Source: Bacteroidota bacterium (GTDB taxonomy: Bacteria > Bacteroidota > Bacteroidia > Cytophagales > Spirosomataceae). Taken from it: 64,000 nucleotides of DNA. Both the position numbers and the translations under genes were made by a program. The notes below the pieces were generated by a model. It was not told the origin of the DNA, searched no databases, and saw only the letters and a program-made list of their open reading frames with translations. Of this stretch, positions 59,613 to 64,000 are shown in pieces; the first letter of the stretch is position 1; every line of letters begins with the position of its first letter. The stretch covers positions 2,494-66,493 of the forward strand of contig JBEBDF010000002.1 in NCBI GenBank assembly GCA_041157105.1, written 5' to 3'.

Positions 59613-59753
59613 ATGAAAAAACGTCAGCTTCTTGTCCTAATCCTCGTTTTTTGTAGTTTTCAAGCCATGTCCTTAGGCTTCCCTCATCGTTTATACCCTG
59701 CGAAGTTTATAAAAAAGACTATCCAAGTTTTTGTTAAAAACTCAAAGAAATAA
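59613..59753 (+). CDS. Small putative secreted cationic peptide (46 aa); absent from ORF track
   Basis: MKKRQLLVLILVFCSFQAMSLGFPHRLYPAKFIKKTIQVFVKNSKK. TATCTTTG box at 59584-59591 and an A-rich leader. Confidence 0.6.
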   Translation: MKKRQLLVLILVFCSFQAMSLGFPHRLYPAKFIKKTIQVFVKNSKK

Positions 59754-59784
59754 TGTTTAATTTTGGTAGAAAGACTAAAATACT

Positions 59785-60615
59785 ATGAGCTTATTATTTA
59801 TTGAGTGGAATGCTGACCCTACCATTATTACTCTTTTGGGTTTTCCTATTCGTTGGTATGGTTTTTGTTTTGCTTTAGCTTTTTTAGCCGGTTTTCAGGT
59901 CGTGAGTTATATATTCAAAAAAGAGGGGAGACCAGTAGAGCAAGCGGATCAATTATTATTGTACACCATGGTGGGAACAATTGTGGGTGCGCGCATGGGG
60001 CATTATTTCTTTTATGAATTTCCTTTACTTTTAGCTGATCCTGTTCGGTTTTTTATCCAAATGATCACCCCTCCATTTTCTGGTTTAGCCTCCCATGGAG
60101 CGGCTATTGGTTTATTTACCTCTTATTATTTGTATACTAAAAAGAACAAAGATCAATCCTATTTGTATGTGACTGATCGCATGGTGATAGTTACTGCTTT
60201 AGCCGGATTTTTTATTCGATTTGGGAATTTGATGAATTCTGAGATTATTGGAAAACCGACTGATTTGCCATGGGGGTTCAAATTTATGAGGGATTATGAT
60301 TTTAATCCAAGTGGCTTAGCCGCATTTGTCGTGCCTCGTCATCCCTCTCAATTATATGAGGCGCTATCTTGTTTAGTTATTTTTGCCTTTTTGCTCTGGA
60401 TGTGGAGCCGTCAAAAACAAAACACACCTAATGGTGTTTTGACTGGGCTTTTTATGATTGTTCTATTTAGTCTTCGTTTTTTTTACGAGTTTTTAAAAGA
60501 AAATCAGAGTTCATTTGAGAATAATTTGACACTCAACATGGGCCAAATATTATCCATTCCAGCGGTCCTATTTGGAATAGTGGTACTTGTTTATGCTAAG
60601 CGTAAAACTACTTAG
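59785..60615 (+). CDS. lgt: Prolipoprotein diacylglyceryl transferase
   Basis: IRWYG, GARMGH, GLASHG, IRFGNLMNSEI, RHPSQLYE, MGQILS. Confidence 0.95.
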   Translation: MSLLFIEWNADPTIITLLGFPIRWYGFCFALAFLAGFQVVSYIFKKEGRPVEQADQLLLYTMVGTIVGARMGHYFFYEFPLLLADPVRFFIQMITPPFSGLASHGAAIGLFTSYYLYTKKNKDQSYLYVTDRMVIVTALAGFFIRFGNLMNSEIIGKPTDLPWGFKFMRDYDFNPSGLAAFVVPRHPSQLYEALSCLVIFAFLLWMWSRQKQNTPNGVLTGLFMIVLFSLRFFYEFLKENQSSFENNLTLNMGQILSIPAVLFGIVVLVYAKRKTT

Positions 60616-61834
60616 TGTAGTCAAAACGCAGGTGGGATAGATTAGGAAGGTGCTTTTTAGGGCGACTCTGTTCGTAATCATAAATCACTTGACCTAGGCT
60701 TTTGTAGAAAGGAAAACCAATCGTATCATAATCGTATTTATCATCGTTGAAAATTTCGTCTTCATTGCATAGCAAGACGGCCGTCACAATAAATTCGATT
60801 TTTTTGTCAAAATCTACTACATAGGCATTATCTAATAGAAATCCATAGGCATCTCCTACCTTATTATAAATTCGAATGGAGGGATTTATTGTCGCCTGCT
60901 TTTCCGATCCATAATACAAGAATTTGCAATAAGCAGCAAATTTGTCTGTGTACTCAGGATTTATTGATTCCTTAGGATACATCGACATGTATCGATACAG
61001 AAATTGGTAATCTTCTTTTGAAATTTTGAATTGATCTTCTTTAGCAAAAGCCTCAGGAAGCATTAATCGTTGTAAAAAAAGATGCTGTGCTTGTAATGGA
61101 TAGGCATTTTTTAGACTAAAGTCTAAGGGATGATCTTCCACTACGCCTTTATCATTCATCGTCCCTTTACCGATTAAAATTGGCTTATTCGCGCCATATG
61201 GCCGGTCATTAAATGCTTCTTCTTGCTTATAGAGGGTTTTGCCTTCTGCATTTACCAATTGAATCGGGTTCGTGTATTGATTTTCAATTTGAGGTAAAGA
61301 AATGGAGAGTCGATGTGTTATACGTACGCCAGAAAATCCTTTAGATTGCATGGATTCATTAAAAGGTCTTTGGCCTAAAAACTCATATAAACGATTAAAG
61401 GCATTATCATCAGAAACCAATAAAATCTTTTTAATATAATGCTCTATAGTAGGTAGGCCTGAAGCCGATGTGGAATCGGTCTTTATTTCAAGCTGAGAAG
61501 GGCGGTTTTTTAGCGTATGAAGTGTAATAGATTTATCTATTTTTAAGGCGTTTAGTTTTTCTAAGGCTAAAACACTTGCCGCTAATTTTACCGTACTTGC
61601 TGGGTAAAAATATTCGGTTGAATCAGACCGATAAGCATAGGTTGTCAATGTGGGTTTATTTTTTGCATCCCGGTCAATCTGCGTATAGAGAATTTGGAGA
61701 CGGTATTTTTCAGGATTATCCGTTAGTTTTTTGAATTTATCCGGATGAGAAAGTAATAACTTCTCTAGGATATTAGTGGGCTTTTGAGCGAATGTACTCA
61801 TGCTGATCAGTAATATAAACAAGAATTTAGGCAT
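60608..61834 (-). CDS. Serine hydrolase (class A beta-lactamase-like fold), secreted
   Basis: SxxK (PASTVKL), SD-containing motif (VSDDNA), KxG (NKVG); signal peptide from MPKFLF. Confidence 0.8.
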   Translation of the reverse strand: MPKFLFILLISMSTFAQKPTNILEKLLLSHPDKFKKLTDNPEKYRLQILYTQIDRDAKNKPTLTTYAYRSDSTEYFYPASTVKLAASVLALEKLNALKIDKSITLHTLKNRPSQLEIKTDSTSASGLPTIEHYIKKILLVSDDNAFNRLYEFLGQRPFNESMQSKGFSGVRITHRLSISLPQIENQYTNPIQLVNAEGKTLYKQEEAFNDRPYGANKPILIGKGTMNDKGVVEDHPLDFSLKNAYPLQAQHLFLQRLMLPEAFAKEDQFKISKEDYQFLYRYMSMYPKESINPEYTDKFAAYCKFLYYGSEKQATINPSIRIYNKVGDAYGFLLDNAYVVDFDKKIEFIVTAVLLCNEDEIFNDDKYDYDTIGFPFYKSLGQVIYDYEQSRPKKHLPNLSHLRFDYTK

Positions 61835-62831
61835 AGCTTTTAATGGCATCTGTAATCGTATCAATATCTTTTAATGTCAGACAAACTGGTAAGATGGCGC
61901 GGCAACTGGGCGGCGCAGTAATATCGGGATAAGCAAATTGGTTTACTAAAATGCCAGATGATTTGAGGTGTTCGAATAGGCCTGGAGCTTTGGAACAAAA
62001 GGCAGGATAACCTGCTTGATAAGTAACTGCCACCTCAAAACCCTGAAGTTTTTCTGCGAAACGACCTGCCAAGACTTTACTCTTTTGAGTTTGCTCTTTG
62101 TAAACCTCCATCGATTTCAATCCAGCCTGACAAAAAGCAGGATTAGGTGGAGATGAACCAACCCAAAAGGGATCTTTTTTAATTTCTTGAATATTTTTCT
62201 CAGATCCTAAAATTACTCCAGCGGGCAAACCAAACGCTTTTGAAAGAGAGGCCGTTTGAAGTAAATTACCTGTACATGGAAGGTGAATTTCTTGAATACC
62301 TATTCGGTGAGACTCGTCCACGATTAAGTAATTACTTGGGTCCATCGCTTTTGCAAACGAGAAATCAAAGGTATTAATCCAAGGAGTACCGATGCCGTCT
62401 GAGACTAGAATTTGGCCTTTTTGATGAGTCGAGATCCATTCAGAATAACTCCCGTTGAAAGGTTTGAAGGGATGGCGCCACAGAGCTGGATGCGCTTGAG
62501 GTGCCATGTTCAAGGTCAATCCTTTTTGCTGTGCGAATTGGACGGCAATTTGTGCAGCGGCTAAACCGGAGGAACACAAGGCGGCGGCTTCCACGTTAAA
62601 ATGAACGGCTAAAGCCTGTTCAAAATCCTCCCAAATGCAGAATTGTAAATTGTTGCGACGAGAGCTGCCGAAGTTTTGGGAATACTGTTCTATACCTTCT
62701 TTTAAGGCATTTTGAAAGGTAGGATGCGCACCAATATCCAAGTAATTCGTACCTCCGAGCCAAAGGTATTCTGCTCCTTCATAGCTTATTTTCCGTCCTG
62801 GAATATGATTTTCTAGCAGCGAATAGCTCAT
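61827..62831 (-). CDS. PLP-dependent class II aminotransferase-fold protein (BioF/AONS-like, divergent)
   Basis: GTNYL, GSSR, SSG, VDESH, SLSKAFG (PLP lysine). Confidence 0.8.
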   Translation of the reverse strand: MSYSLLENHIPGRKISYEGAEYLWLGGTNYLDIGAHPTFQNALKEGIEQYSQNFGSSRRNNLQFCIWEDFEQALAVHFNVEAAALCSSGLAAAQIAVQFAQQKGLTLNMAPQAHPALWRHPFKPFNGSYSEWISTHQKGQILVSDGIGTPWINTFDFSFAKAMDPSNYLIVDESHRIGIQEIHLPCTGNLLQTASLSKAFGLPAGVILGSEKNIQEIKKDPFWVGSSPPNPAFCQAGLKSMEVYKEQTQKSKVLAGRFAEKLQGFEVAVTYQAGYPAFCSKAPGLFEHLKSSGILVNQFAYPDITAPPSCRAILPVCLTLKDIDTITDAIKSYA

Positions 62832-63841
62832 AACAACGTGGCACCCGTTCCAGGTAAATTTGAATAAGTTACCACACCATAATCAATCGTGATGCCTCGT
62901 GATATGGTATCATCCACTAAAAGGCAGCCATCCATGTCTACGTAATCTAATAAGGGAAGTAAATGTGCTATGGCAGAACATCCGATCGTCGATTCGGTCA
63001 TACAGCCCACCATGACTTTTAAGCCGAAAGTTCTGGCTTTTTTTATCATTCGCAAAGCGGGCGTGAGCCCGCCACATTTCATTAATTTAATATTAATCCC
63101 ATGAAAATAGCCGGCACATTTCTCCACATCAGATTCCAGAATACAGCTCTCGTCCGCAATAATAGGTAGAGTAGATTCTTGGAATACCCGTTTCATTCCA
63201 TCCCAGTTATCCGCTTTCAAGGGCTGTTCAATGAATTCTACTCCTAATTTTTCTAGTTCAGGGGCGAAATAAATGGTTTGTTCAACAGACCAGGCAGTAT
63301 TCGCATCGACTCTGAATACCGCATTTGTTTCGCGGCGCAAAGCTTCTACGATTTCCAAATCGTCTGGAGTGCCTAGTTTGATTTTATAGAGAGGGAAGGG
63401 GGTCTCCTTCATTTTGGCAACCATTTTCTCCACTTTATCCATACCGATTGTGTAATCTGTGATGGGATTATTAGAGATATCTAAGTCCCATATTTCGTAA
63501 AGTGGCTTATTATGCGTCTTACCCCATAGGTCCCAATAGGCCACATCCAGCGCACAAAGTGCGAACGGATGTTTATCTAGTAACGACTTGGACATCATTG
63601 CCCAAAAATCACTTGGATGGGGAAGAATATCGTGTGGCAATAAATCGATTATTGATTCAATCTGAGCCTTCATTTTTTCCATCGTAACCCCATAATAAGG
63701 GGTCTCAGTTGCCTCTCCAAATCCACTTTTACCATGCCAACTCAATTCTACAATTAAGGTAGGCTGCACATCTCTCGATTCGTGTGCAATCGTGAAGGTG
63801 TGTTTTAGGGGAAGATCGAAAGTATGAAGTTTCAGTTCCAT
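62828..63841 (-). CDS. Dipeptide epimerase (L-Ala-D/L-Glu epimerase, enolase superfamily)
   Basis: KIKLG, RVDAN, IEQP, ADES, NIKLMKCGG, GCMTES, DMDG. Confidence 0.92.
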   Translation of the reverse strand: MELKLHTFDLPLKHTFTIAHESRDVQPTLIVELSWHGKSGFGEATETPYYGVTMEKMKAQIESIIDLLPHDILPHPSDFWAMMSKSLLDKHPFALCALDVAYWDLWGKTHNKPLYEIWDLDISNNPITDYTIGMDKVEKMVAKMKETPFPLYKIKLGTPDDLEIVEALRRETNAVFRVDANTAWSVEQTIYFAPELEKLGVEFIEQPLKADNWDGMKRVFQESTLPIIADESCILESDVEKCAGYFHGINIKLMKCGGLTPALRMIKKARTFGLKVMVGCMTESTIGCSAIAHLLPLLDYVDMDGCLLVDDTISRGITIDYGVVTYSNLPGTGATLL

Positions 63842-63847
63842 ACGCGT

Positions 63848-64000
63848 TTATTTGAGTGGAATATAGGGTAATTTTTTCGATTTATCACCTGCTTTTTGCC
63901 AAACTAATCCATCCGCCCGCGACCAATTAATCAAGTCCCCTGATCCATTATGGGCTAAAACTTCTCCATTTTCCACAGGGATCCATTGGTCTAATTCAGC
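63848..64000 (-). CDS. moeA: Molybdopterin molybdotransferase MoeA, C-terminal end (truncated by window end)
   Basis: Translated by hand: ...HNGSGDLINWSRADGLVW...PLK*, resembling the MoeA domain IV GSGD...ADG motif. Confidence 0.6.
   Translation of the reverse strand, partial: AELDQWIPVENGEVLAHNGSGDLINWSRADGLVWQKAGDKSKKLPYIPLK

Noticed and set aside
60608-61834. Antibiotic-resistance beta-lactamase call
   Set aside because: SxxK and KxG are present, but the length and motifs fit a generic serine hydrolase; resistance cannot be supported from sequence.
41126-64000. Switch from mostly plus-strand to mostly minus-strand genes as a replication terminus
   Set aside because: Plus-strand genes at 46-52 kb still look G/T-rich by eye and no dif-like site was recognised; a computed skew is needed.

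Overview
Densely packed core-chromosome segment of a Bacteroidota bacterium. The evidence is many TAnnTTTG -7 promoter boxes, AT-rich leaders without Shine-Dalgarno sequences, a T9SS cargo protein, the tRNA-Leu-tig-clpP-clpX block and the nusB-ytxH-DUF1573-yajC-coaE block. Gene content suggests a streamlined freshwater Cytophagales such as Aquirufa, which is inference only. The window carries housekeeping genes (purH, gyrB, ppk1, dnaG, tig, clpPX, cmk, proA, dnaX, nusB, yajC, lgt, partial moeA), an arsR-arsI-arsC cassette without an efflux pump, and uronate and redox sugar catabolic clusters. No transposase, integrase, prophage, CRISPR or rRNA was seen. The most notable items are: (1) a putative exported ribosome-arrest leader ending in FSPP ahead of a Cys-bearing outer-membrane protein and a DoxX gene; (2) a complete E. 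coli-type -1 frameshift cassette in dnaX; (3) an in-frame fusion of CoaE, a signal peptide and an EEP phosphatase; (4) several long intergenic palindromes and 7/14-mer repeat elements; (5) two small ORFs absent from the ORF track; (6) a candidate structured 5' leader RNA. All product calls come from motif recognition by eye; no database search was run.
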